From: Desulfosudaceae bacterium
Lineage (GTDB): Bacteria; Desulfobacterota; Desulfobacteria; Desulfobacterales; Desulfosudaceae
Length of the DNA stretch: 64,000 nt
Direction: 5' to 3'
Assembly (NCBI GenBank): GCA_963674745.2
Contig: CAXXDV010000001.1
Coordinates: 1,408,001-1,472,000 of the forward strand
The notes beneath the pieces are model-generated. The model was not told where the DNA came from. It did not search any database and worked only from the letters and a program-made list of their open reading frames with translations. The position numbers and the translations under genes were made by a program. Shown one piece after another: positions 9,891-18,950 of this stretch. The first letter of the stretch is position 1. Every line of letters begins with the position of its first letter.

Positions 9891-10715
9891 CTAAATCTTA
9901 ACTTTATTAGGAAGGTCTAATATCACTTCGGTTTTCAAATCTAAAACAGCATGTGGGAAAGATTTTCTTATAGTAAAGGTTTTCTTCAGAATGCCTACAT
10001 ATTTCGAAAAAGAATATATTTCTATAGTTGCATTTTCTTCCTTAAGATTAATGATTGGTTCCGGATTTATTTTTAGGGCATCGGCTTTCAATTGTTTTGG
10101 TATATACTCAGAGACAATGCGCGTTAACGTCTGCTTGTCACATATAATAGTAAGTTTGCTATAATTTTCATGGTCTGCCAATAAAAAACTGTCACCCATT
10201 AAATACAAAACAGCCAACTGAAAAAATCCCATTGGAGTACCGTCTGTTTTGACATATCGGATAAATCTTTTTTGTAGGATTTCAGCATAATCGGGATCTG
10301 ATTCATCCCAGCTACCTACCAAGGACGACCATATAGCACACGCTGTTTCAGAATCATATTCATTACGATTATTCTTTTTGGCATATATAATTGGTCTGCC
10401 ACTCATAGAAAAAAAGCAATAAAAATACTCTAACGAATAATCATTCAATATTGATAAACTGCCTAATATGTCAAAGTATTTATTTATATCTATTTTCATT
10501 TCTTTATTATTGTCTAATAATTCTTTCTCAAAAATAGTAAAGTATCCTTTCACTCCCAATTTTTCTAAAAATTCTTTTTGCTGATCTTCAATGCACATAG
10601 AAAAGTTATCAACTATTTCCTGATATTTCGATTTAGAAAACGAAAAAGATGAATCAATAAATATAATAGTAAAGATAGTTAATACTGTAAAAAATATAGC
10701 AAGAGTATTTTTCAT
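9891..10715 (-). CDS. putative immunity protein (exported)
   Basis: ATG MKNTLAIFF lies 2 bp after the toxin stop; signal-like N-terminus. Confidence 0.65.
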   Translation of the reverse strand: MKNTLAIFFTVLTIFTIIFIDSSFSFSKSKYQEIVDNFSMCIEDQQKEFLEKLGVKGYFTIFEKELLDNNKEMKIDINKYFDILGSLSILNDYSLEYFYCFFSMSGRPIIYAKKNNRNEYDSETACAIWSSLVGSWDESDPDYAEILQKRFIRYVKTDGTPMGFFQLAVLYLMGDSFLLADHENYSKLTIICDKQTLTRIVSEYIPKQLKADALKINPEPIINLKEENATIEIYSFSKYVGILKKTFTIRKSFPHAVLDLKTEVILDLPNKVKI

Positions 10716-10717
10716 TA

Positions 10718-11362
10718 TTATTCTCCCAGTGCATATCCATAAGTTGAATATTGTGCACCATATCCATAATCTCCATCTTCTGGCCTTTTGTTTTGGAACC
10801 AAGGGTATCCTACCTTTCTCAAATCAGGTCTTGTCCCCCCCTTGAATTCTGCAAAATGGCCAAACTCATGAATCAGAACATTTCCTCCCCACTCAGGATT
10901 ATTGTTTTTTAGCTTTGGGCTAAGAGTAATTGTATTAGTATTAGGGTCGTATTCCCCCGTTCCTCGAACATCACCAAAACGTACTATAGTGCCACTACAT
11001 TCTGCTGTTAATATTTCTTTTATATCCACATTAAATAAGTTGAAATAGTCAACACCATTTATATATTCCTTTTGTCGGTCCATAAACCATTTCTCTGCTC
11101 TGGGATTATAATCTATATTTTGCATTATGTTATTAATATATCCTTTTATTATTGCTTTTTCATTTTCATCATTTGTTCCGTATAAAATTAGTCCTAATTG
11201 ATCAATATTAAAGACAGGATTATTATCCACATACAAATAATAATTAATCCCACCGCTCAACCTAATCGGATCCTCCCTCAAATACCTCCCAGACCCAGGC
11301 TCATAATACCGCCACATATTATAGTGCAGCCCCGTCTCACTATCAAAGTATTGGCCCGGATA
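10718..11362 (-). pseudogene. orphan Rhs core + HExxH metallopeptidase-like toxin
   Basis: YPGQYFDSETGLHYNMWRYYEPGSGRYLREDPI...DQLGL; LIHEFGH. Confidence 0.85.
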
Positions 11363-11488
11363 TATTCTGATGCGGGTTCCCCATAAAGACCTGTTTTTTA
11401 CCCCCCTTGTTTTGTTGACCCCCGGATGAACTCTTTTCTCAAGATATGATAGTTTACCTTTCAAATCAAACGATCTGTGGCAGTTAAA
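11347..11488. repeat. repeat A with extension shared with the copies at 4815 and 14276
   Basis: cccggatgaact...aagatatgatagtttacc is shared with 4889-4926; tttacctttcaaatcaaacg...cagttaaaaaa is shared with 14378-14417. Confidence 0.85.
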
Positions 11489-11791
11489 AAAGAAAACAAA
11501 TCGGGTGAAAGCGGCTCCAATATGCCGGAGATGATCCGCTGCCATTTTTTGGGCAGACCGGCGTAGATGGTTTTCAACCGTTCCCGACGAGCTTCGTATT
11601 CCAGGCAAATATTTTGTACGGCAGGACTCGAAGCCACGGCGGAACAAACATCACAACCATCTTACCCGCACGGCCACAGGCGAGGTCGGCCGGCAGAATG
11701 GGGGCGCTTTTCGGGGGCGTCTCCGTCCCCTAAGTCGTTCCCATGTTGGCTTGGTGCGCCCCCATTTGACAGTTAGTCTATTTTGTCCCCC

Positions 11792-12577
11792 TCAGTTAGG
11801 GCTACATATTTCAAGTGGGGGTTTGTGGAGTTCTGTAAAAATTGGGGGGAATATATCATCTTGCGTACCACATAAACCATCTTTACCTTTTGAACCTAAA
11901 AAATAAAATACACTTCCACTCTTATATATAAAACTATGGCTCCATCCATCTATAACTAAATTTGATTCGAAATTATTGTTTTCAGTTTTTAATTCCATTA
12001 AATCAACTGGATATTTCCCTTTGGTGTTGAAAAAATTTTTTAAATGTTTCTGAATATTATATAATTTGACCTTTGTTAAACTTATTGGATCAAGCTCAGA
12101 GTACTCGTACCCATAAGGAATTTTATAACAAATATGCTCTATTATAAAAACAATCCGTTCATTTCTTTTTTGTCTAATCAAATTGATATTTTGTTCATTC
12201 GGCATTTCATCATGTATAGCTTCAGCCAACATTTTTCTTCTTAAGAAGGGTAAAGAGGAATCCCCCTTCTCAATTATGGCTTTCGTAATAATTTCCATAG
12301 GGGTCTCGCCCAAATAAAAATCCAAAAGATCTACTAATAATTCTGAGGATTTAATACTTTTAAGCCCACTTAATTCATCAAGCGAATTATAAAATATATT
12401 GATATCTTTTTTACTATATATATTTGTTTTTAAAATATTTTTTAGTAAAAAACATATTTCCTTTTCCTCTTTGTATTTTTGTAATAAATCGTTTCTTCCA
12501 TCAATATTCGCGGCTTCTAAAAATCCGCTTAGACTAATAGAAGCTAAAAACATAAAAACAATAATTCTTACTATCAT
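11792..12577 (-). CDS. putative immunity protein with C-terminal GspG(T2SSG)-like segment
   Basis: Overlaps the toxin stop (ATGA); signal peptide; GKYP..L..L...DGWSHSFIY...SKGKDGLCGTQDDI. Confidence 0.6.
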   Translation of the reverse strand: MIVRIIVFMFLASISLSGFLEAANIDGRNDLLQKYKEEKEICFLLKNILKTNIYSKKDINIFYNSLDELSGLKSIKSSELLVDLLDFYLGETPMEIITKAIIEKGDSSLPFLRRKMLAEAIHDEMPNEQNINLIRQKRNERIVFIIEHICYKIPYGYEYSELDPISLTKVKLYNIQKHLKNFFNTKGKYPVDLMELKTENNNFESNLVIDGWSHSFIYKSGSVFYFLGSKGKDGLCGTQDDIFPPIFTELHKPPLEICSPN

Positions 12578-13116
12578 TTGACCACCAGTGTTCCGCCTTT
12601 ATCTTTTGTTAGGCAATATATTAAAGTTGACAAGTTCTTATTCACAGAAATACATCCTATGTTCTTTTGACCAGCACCATGAATGAAAAATTCTGTTCTT
12701 CCGTGTGCTTTATGGCCATTGGGTTTTAGGTATGCCCATTTTGGGTGTTTAGATATCCAACCAGGAGTATATATTTTCCAATTGCCTGTCGGTATTGGGC
12801 CGCCTACTTTTTTTTCTGAACTTTCTTTTCCATCCCCTGAAAAGGCTGATGAAGAAAAATTACAACATTTTTTGTCATTAGTATTAAAGGTACATACGAG
12901 TGTGCCATTTGTACCCGCACCTCGTGTATATGTACATGAAGCTAACCCTTTGTTATCAAAGAAAATAGCCGGATTGATATTGGCATAAAAATAAAGATTA
13001 ATCCCACTTTCAAATCCCACTGGATCAACCCTCAAGTATCTCCCGATCTCAGGATCATAATACCTATTCCAGTTATAATGCAGCCCGGTCTCATCATCGT
13101 AGTATTGGCCCGGATA
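12574..13116 (-). pseudogene. orphan Rhs core + Tlde1/DUF2778-like L,D-transpeptidase-fold toxin
   Basis: Core ...DNKGL; CT has GPIPTGNWKI, GRTEFFIHG and GCI motifs. Confidence 0.8.
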
Positions 13117-13324
13117 TATTCTGATGCGGGTCCCCCCCGAAAGACCTGTTTTTTACCCCCTTGTTTTGTTGGCTGTTGGAAATAAAACTGTTCTTTATGG
13201 GTTAAAGGGAATGGGGTTAAAAGATGCAGAAGCGCATCCATTCTATATGGTCGTTGGGCAAAAAAACCGTCACCCACTAACACACGAAAAAACCGGAGAA
13301 ACGCATAAGAGCATAGACGTCCCC
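13101..13324. repeat. repeat A + linker + repeat B
   Basis: Near-identical to 6439-6664. Confidence 0.9.
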
Positions 13325-13333
13325 CGGTAACAA

Positions 13334-13747
13334 CTATTTCCCAGGCATAAAACTTAAATAGATTGGTGGGCCTTCATTATATGAATGTAGAAATATTTTA
13401 ATAGTTGCAACTTGATACAGTTCTTTAAACATGAAGTAAAAAACTGGATAATTATAGCCATTTTCCGATGGATTATATGTTCCATCAAATTTAAATATTT
13501 CTTTATCTGTAATAATTGAGCAACTTACTTTATAATGAGTCGTTTGTTTTTGACTTATTTCCCTCTCGTTAAATGCTAATACATACGGACCGCCATATAT
13601 TAAAGGAGTAGTAATTATATTCTCTCCCTCCTTTAATTTTTTTTCAATAGGGTCAATAAATATTATATGCTTCAAAGACCAAAAAACAAAACCGACTATT
13701 ATTAAAATTATGACTAGAGAAAGGCTACTTATTATTTTTATATTCAT
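13334..13747 (-). CDS. putative immunity protein (N-terminal membrane anchor)
   Basis: Downstream of an Rhs CT; one hydrophobic helix. Confidence 0.6.
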   Translation of the reverse strand: MNIKIISSLSLVIILIIVGFVFWSLKHIIFIDPIEKKLKEGENIITTPLIYGGPYVLAFNEREISQKQTTHYKVSCSIITDKEIFKFDGTYNPSENGYNYPVFYFMFKELYQVATIKIFLHSYNEGPPIYLSFMPGK

Positions 13748-13774
13748 TTCGACGGCCTCGAATAATTTCTAGAC

Positions 13775-14287
13775 TTATAATTCCGGATAAATTAGCCACC
13801 AAGGAGTTGGGTCTTTAAGGCCACATGTTATGAATGCTTTTCGAACTTTGACTCCACAAGTGTCGAATAGTGTAATTGCGCCACTCGGGCCATTATTTAC
13901 TAAACATGTTTCAATTTCGCTCCAAGGCCTTACATCACATTCATCCTCTCTCTCAGCAGGATAACAGTGAGCATGTCCACTTTCATATTTATTGGGTTCT
14001 GCTGGGGCACTCAATTTTTGTCCATTACTTAATTTGATAAAAGCATGCCATAGTACAGCAAGTTCTCCCATTTTCTCATTATGACCCATCATTGGACGAT
14101 AGCAGGCTATAGGTCGAAGGCCAAAGGCATCACTGTTGTTTATGGGATTATTAAACGCATACAAAAACAGAGTAATCCCTCCATTTAACCCGATCGGATC
14201 AACCCTCAAGTATCGTCCAATTTTAGGATCATAATATCTGTGTCGGTTATAATGCAGCCCCGTCTCACTATCAAAATATTGGCCCGG
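13775..14287 (-). pseudogene. orphan Rhs core + C-terminal toxin
   Basis: PGQYFDSETGLHYNRHRYYDPKIGRYLRVDPIG...DAFGL; preceded by an in-frame TAG. Confidence 0.85.
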
Positions 14288-14346
14288 CTATATTCTGATG
14301 CGGGTCCCCCCCGAAGACCTGTTTTTTATCCCCTTGTTTTGTTGGC
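14276..14346. repeat. repeat A, copy adjacent to the recombinase genes
   Basis: attggcccggctatattctgatgcgggtccccccgaagacctgttttttatccccttgttttgttggccc. Confidence 0.9.
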
Positions 14347-14618
14347 CCGTAAGAAGGCTTTTCTAAAGATATGGCAATTTACCTTTCAAATCAAACGGTT
14401 TGTGACAGTTAAAAAAATCAGGATTACTTTTTACTAATAAGTCGGGTATGCTCTATACATAAAATGCAATTAGGAAAATATAAAATCTTGTGATAATGGG
14501 GTACCACAAAGATTATTAACCTTGCTTTATGTCTAAAGGATTTTAGCCCCATTAGTAACTGCCGGATTCGGGCAGCGTGCTGGTATTGCGGGGTTCATAT
14601 TGCCGGGCTGAGGGACGG

Positions 14619-15545
14619 CTATCGGCCGGATGCAACTTCGGAAGGGTGATACTTGCTGTGGACTTCTTTAAGGTCGTTGATGGTGACACGGGTATAAAGC
14701 TGGGTAGATTCTAATGACTCGTGGCCCAACATCTCCTGCAGATGCCGGATCGGCGCACCGTTTCTCAACATGTGCGTGGCGCAGGTGTGCCTGAACGTGT
14801 GGGTGGAGACGTTTTGTTTGATGCCTGCCATGCGTGCGCAGCGTTTGACAATGGCCCAGATGCCGTTGGGGTTCATCTTTTTTCCCCAGCGGTTTAAGAT
14901 CAGGTGGCCGTTGTCGTGGCCTTTTATCCAGGCGGGCCGGACCATCAGGATATAGTTTTCCGCCAGGCCGCACACCCGGCGGCTCATGGGCACGACCCGG
15001 TCTTTATCGCCCTTGCCGTGGACCAGGGCATAACCGGAGGTAAGGTCAAGATCGGACAAGTGCAGTCCGGCCAGCTCAGAACGCCGGATGGCCGTGTCAT
15101 AGAGGATTTCAAGGACGAGCCGGTCCCGGTTACCGTTATTGGTGCGCGTGTCCGGAGCGGCCATGAGCTTTTGGATGTCATCGGCGCTCAGGATGACCCT
15201 GGGCAGGCGTCGGGGTTTTTTCGGCAGTTGCAGGGCTTCGCCGGGATCATAGACAAGATAATCTTGTTTCTTTAAAAACCGGGTAAAACCTTTGACTGTG
15301 CCTAACATCTGAGCCTGGGTCCGCAAGGACAAAGGCTTGTCGGCGGCTGTATGACGGAACGCCAGGTCCTGCTGGTATTCGTACAGGATGTCACGATTCA
15401 GGGCGTCAAGGTTTACTGCCTGTTCCTGCGCCAGGAACCCGGCCATGTCTTTCAGCCCGTATTTGGCCCCCCGGATGGTGTAATAAGACCGGCCCAGGGC
15501 CTTTAAATGGTTGAGGTAAACCGGTATCAGTTCAGTGATGGTCAT
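14619..15545 (-). CDS. XerC/XerD-type tyrosine recombinase
   Basis: AIRRSEL, GKGDKDR, HTFRH, LGH and TQLY catalytic set intact. Confidence 0.95.
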   Translation of the reverse strand: MTITELIPVYLNHLKALGRSYYTIRGAKYGLKDMAGFLAQEQAVNLDALNRDILYEYQQDLAFRHTAADKPLSLRTQAQMLGTVKGFTRFLKKQDYLVYDPGEALQLPKKPRRLPRVILSADDIQKLMAAPDTRTNNGNRDRLVLEILYDTAIRRSELAGLHLSDLDLTSGYALVHGKGDKDRVVPMSRRVCGLAENYILMVRPAWIKGHDNGHLILNRWGKKMNPNGIWAIVKRCARMAGIKQNVSTHTFRHTCATHMLRNGAPIRHLQEMLGHESLESTQLYTRVTINDLKEVHSKYHPSEVASGR

Positions 15546-16450
15546 GGTTGCTCCTGGTTCGGATGGGTTTTGTCATGGATTTGCTTAACTTCTCGCGGCA
15601 TTATTTTGGTATAGGCCTGGGTGGTTTTAAGGCTTTTGTGGCCCAGGAGCTCCTGGATATGGCGGATGTCGGCCCCGTTCTGCAACAGATGGGTGGCGCA
15701 GGTCCGGCGCAGGGTGTGCGGGGACACGCTGGTTTTAATGCCCGCCTGATCACGATACTTGACCAGCAGGCCCCTGACGCTAGCCGGTGTCATGGCCCGG
15801 CCGGTGATAAGCAGAAAAAGCCGTCTTTCTTTCGGGTTCTTTTTAGCGTAACAGGGCCGGATTTTTTCCAAATACGCTTTGACCCCTGCAGCGGCTGTTT
15901 TGCCCAGGGGTACCACCCGCTGACGTCCGCCTTTGCCATGGCGGATGTACAGCACGTCCTCTATTAAATCCACATGATAAATCTCAAGGCACAACAGCTC
16001 GTTTAACCGGATACCGGTGGAGTAAAGCACTTCCATGACGGCCCGGTCCCGGATATGGGTTTTTAAGGACAGGTTGGGCTGTTCAAGGAGCTTTTTCATC
16101 TCAGCCATGGTCAGCACAGGTCCGATGCGTCGGTGTCTGCGGCAGGTCTCAATAATACCCTCGGTGGGACTGATCAGCAACCGGTGATTTTCTTCCAAAT
16201 GCTCAAACAACCGTTTGACGGCCCGGATTTTCAAGGCTCTGGTCTCCATAGCCACGACCTGGGCCATAACATAAGACTGATAATCAAGCATGACTTGCCG
16301 GGTAACCTGTCTTAGATCGCTAATATTATTTCTGGTCAGCCAGGCCGCGAACTGGTCCAGGTTTTTTCTGTATATCTCGATTGTGGCCGGAGCATAGCCC
16401 CTGACTCTTAGTTGCTGCTTGAACTCGGCTATAGTTACGACGACCTCCAT
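15542..16450 (-). CDS. XerC/XerD-type tyrosine recombinase
   Basis: GIRLNEL, GKGGRQR, HTLRR, LGH, TQAY; ATG at 16450 follows a GAGGGGG RBS; ATGA overlap with the next gene. Confidence 0.95.
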   Translation of the reverse strand: MEVVVTIAEFKQQLRVRGYAPATIEIYRKNLDQFAAWLTRNNISDLRQVTRQVMLDYQSYVMAQVVAMETRALKIRAVKRLFEHLEENHRLLISPTEGIIETCRRHRRIGPVLTMAEMKKLLEQPNLSLKTHIRDRAVMEVLYSTGIRLNELLCLEIYHVDLIEDVLYIRHGKGGRQRVVPLGKTAAAGVKAYLEKIRPCYAKKNPKERRLFLLITGRAMTPASVRGLLVKYRDQAGIKTSVSPHTLRRTCATHLLQNGADIRHIQELLGHKSLKTTQAYTKIMPREVKQIHDKTHPNQEQP

Positions 16451-16574
16451 AAGCACCCCCTCTCTCTCCGCTGTTTCTTGCTCCACAACCTCGTAGTCGT
16501 TCGGTTTGTGTCTTAACATCAGATGGTTAAGTGCCATTTTGACAGCCCTCGTTGTTCCCTCGTAGTTGCCCGAA

Positions 16575-18950
16575 TTACCCTCGTAGTCGGCTACTCTTCT
16601 CTTGTTTCATGAGTTTTTTTATTTCTTCGATCGGCGTCAGGTTTAAATAAAACCGGGTGATGTCTTCTCCCTGGCCCTTGTAATTTAAAGCATAGGCATA
16701 CTCCTTGCCCCTGGCACCGAACCGGACAAGCAGATATTCCAGGTCCTCAAGCTGGCTGATGTGGGCGCGGATCTGCCAGTCCGTCCAATTGATGGCTTCT
16801 CTGATCTGCCGCCGGGTAAAAAAGACCTCATCTACCGGGATCCTTTGTTTTTTGGATATGTCCATAACCATGCGATAGATGCCGTCAAGCAGTATCCGGG
16901 AAGGCCGGACCAGCTCGTCCAGGCTCTGACCCAGGACGTCATTGGCCAGGACATTGGCTTTGTTAATATCATCTAGAGTAACCTCGATGTATTCCACGGC
17001 CTTGCCGTCCGCCTGCACGGTCCTGGTCTGTCTCTGGTACTGATGCAAAAAGGCAATGGCCTCGATCAGGCCCAGGTATTTGTCATGGTCCCTTCGGCTG
17101 ATAAGCGATTTTGTGGGATAGGACAGGTACGGCGTAAAAGGGTTGACCACGGCCACGGGCTTTAACATCTGCTGGGCGATCTGGTGGATACGTTCAATAT
17201 GGGTTGATTTGGTCCGGTTGACAAGGCCCTCCAAAGTCCGGGCCTGCTTCTGCTTGTCGTGGATGGCGGCCGTCATGGATTCTGATTCGTCTATTGAAAG
17301 AAAGATAAACCGGGAAGCTGTCTCGGCTTCAATGTCGGCTGCCGTGGTGGTCAGCATGACCGAGACCGGGCCTTCCACGGTATAGGTTTCTGTTTTCATC
17401 TTGCCGGTGCCCGGGTCTTTCCCGGTCGCGGCAACTCTGATCCGGCCTTCTGACTGGATATTTCTTATGGAATAGGCAGCCCCGCCCACGCCCGCCTCCT
17501 CCTCGATGGCCAGGATTTTATGCTTTAATGATCCTTCTTCCTTGTAAAAAAGGGCCTGATCGGTCACGCGGGTGTATTTTTCTTGATGGCTTTCCGGAAC
17601 AAAGCGGAGGATGGCGTTCTGTAATGTCGATTTACCGGCCCCGCTTCGGGACTGGATCAGGGTGGACAAGGGCTTTGCCAGAAGCCGGGACACGGCCGTC
17701 AAATAACAAACAATCTTGTTGGTTTCTTCGCCCACAATGCCCATGACCAGCAAGGCGTCAAGGATTTCTTTAAACATGTCCGGAGATTTTAAAAATTTTT
17801 CTGCGGCGGTCTTTTCTGTCTGGCTGGGCTCAAGGGGTTTGGTTTCCTGGGCTTTGGGCTGGAAGTTTTCCACCAGGGTCAGGAGTTTGCCGATATCTTC
17901 TTTTGCCAGCTCCTCGGCCGCGCCGAACAGGTCGGCGCAGAGTTTCGCAAACCACAGCCGGGACCGGGAAGAATAAAGATCAATGGTGGTCAGCTCAAAA
18001 GGCAGGTTGCTCTCAACGTCGGCAGATGCCTTGATCACGGCTTTTAGCTGGGTCTCGCCGCGCTGTATGCCCTTGACGTGGTATTGTCGTTTTCCGTATC
18101 CCACGATAAAGCCCTGTTGCGTATGCTTGTAGATGGTCTTTTTGCGGGGATGGACATAATCGGAGTGTTCCAATGCTTTCGGGTTGACCTGATTCAGTAG
18201 GGCCTCGAACTGCTCGGGGGTATGCCGCTTAAAGTAGATGGTAACATCTTTAACGGGCAGCTCAATAGCATAAGGCGTGACCTGTGCTTCTTTTAGCTGC
18301 AAGGACACGATTTGTGCTGTTTTGCGACCTTTGTCGTCACCGCTAAAGACCAGGTAGGCGTCTTTTATCCTGCCCTTGCAATAAGAAAGATGATCAGCGG
18401 TAATGCCGTTGGCGTCGTACAGGGGCATGACTTTTTTAAATCCTTGATCGTAAAGAACTAAAGCGTCAATGACCGTTTCTGTCAGCAGGATCGTCTGGGA
18501 ATGCTTGACAGCCCGGGTATTAATCAGGCCGGAACATCGGCCTGGCAGGTATAAATGGGGCTGTTCGGAGGCTTCGTCTGTTTTGCGGCCGTACAGATTG
18601 ACCACGGCCCCGGTTGTATCGTACAGCGGGAAGACCACGCAGTTTAAAAAGCGTTCCTTGCTTTTGGTGTTCAGGATGCCGATGGTTTTTAAATCAGCGA
18701 TAATTTTGTCATCATCCGGCAGGGTGGAAGGTAATGTGCCATTGACGTAGCCGGCGCCAAAGTCCCTTAAGGATTTGTTTTTATTTATGTTCCGGACGTT
18801 TTTCAGGTAGTCCAGCCCTAGGGCGGTCTTTTCAAACGTATGCTGATAATAGGCGACCACGCGCGCCAAAAGCTTTTTTTCTCTGACGGTCAGGGGGATG
18901 GAGTCGTTGTTTGTAACTTTGATGCGATCTGCGCTTTTTTGTTCTATCAT
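16575..18950 (-). CDS. DnaG/Toprim-like primase fused to a P-loop NTPase (helicase-like)
   Basis: ERFLNCVVFPL...LYGR primase core; LTETVIDAL Toprim-like; SRSGAGKST Walker A; ILAIEEE Walker B; start uncertain. Confidence 0.8.
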   Translation of the reverse strand: MIEQKSADRIKVTNNDSIPLTVREKKLLARVVAYYQHTFEKTALGLDYLKNVRNINKNKSLRDFGAGYVNGTLPSTLPDDDKIIADLKTIGILNTKSKERFLNCVVFPLYDTTGAVVNLYGRKTDEASEQPHLYLPGRCSGLINTRAVKHSQTILLTETVIDALVLYDQGFKKVMPLYDANGITADHLSYCKGRIKDAYLVFSGDDKGRKTAQIVSLQLKEAQVTPYAIELPVKDVTIYFKRHTPEQFEALLNQVNPKALEHSDYVHPRKKTIYKHTQQGFIVGYGKRQYHVKGIQRGETQLKAVIKASADVESNLPFELTTIDLYSSRSRLWFAKLCADLFGAAEELAKEDIGKLLTLVENFQPKAQETKPLEPSQTEKTAAEKFLKSPDMFKEILDALLVMGIVGEETNKIVCYLTAVSRLLAKPLSTLIQSRSGAGKSTLQNAILRFVPESHQEKYTRVTDQALFYKEEGSLKHKILAIEEEAGVGGAAYSIRNIQSEGRIRVAATGKDPGTGKMKTETYTVEGPVSVMLTTTAADIEAETASRFIFLSIDESESMTAAIHDKQKQARTLEGLVNRTKSTHIERIHQIAQQMLKPVAVVNPFTPYLSYPTKSLISRRDHDKYLGLIEAIAFLHQYQRQTRTVQADGKAVEYIEVTLDDINKANVLANDVLGQSLDELVRPSRILLDGIYRMVMDISKKQRIPVDEVFFTRRQIREAINWTDWQIRAHISQLEDLEYLLVRFGARGKEYAYALNYKGQGEDITRFYLNLTPIEEIKKLMKQEKSSRLRG

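Noticed and set aside
11363..11647. N-terminal extension of ORF 10718-11647
   Set aside because: Runs through non-coding repeat A/linker; fortuitous open frame
13032..13330. Short ORFs in linkers (13032-13283, 13124-13330, 6587-6784, 7708-8019)
   Set aside because: Translations of repeat DNA; frames are not preserved between copies
4815..14346. Repeats A/B as a CRISPR array
   Set aside because: Repeats are 70-220 bp and separated by kb-scale genes; no cas genes
4815..16450. Classical integron (IntI/attC)
   Set aside because: The recombinases show no obvious IntI-specific insertion, and the repeats lack the RYYYAAC...GTTRRRY attC architecture
14619..16450. Chromosomal xerC/xerD with a dif site
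   Set aside because: Tandem pair linked to a primase-like gene; no good dif consensus seen, so no gene symbols assigned
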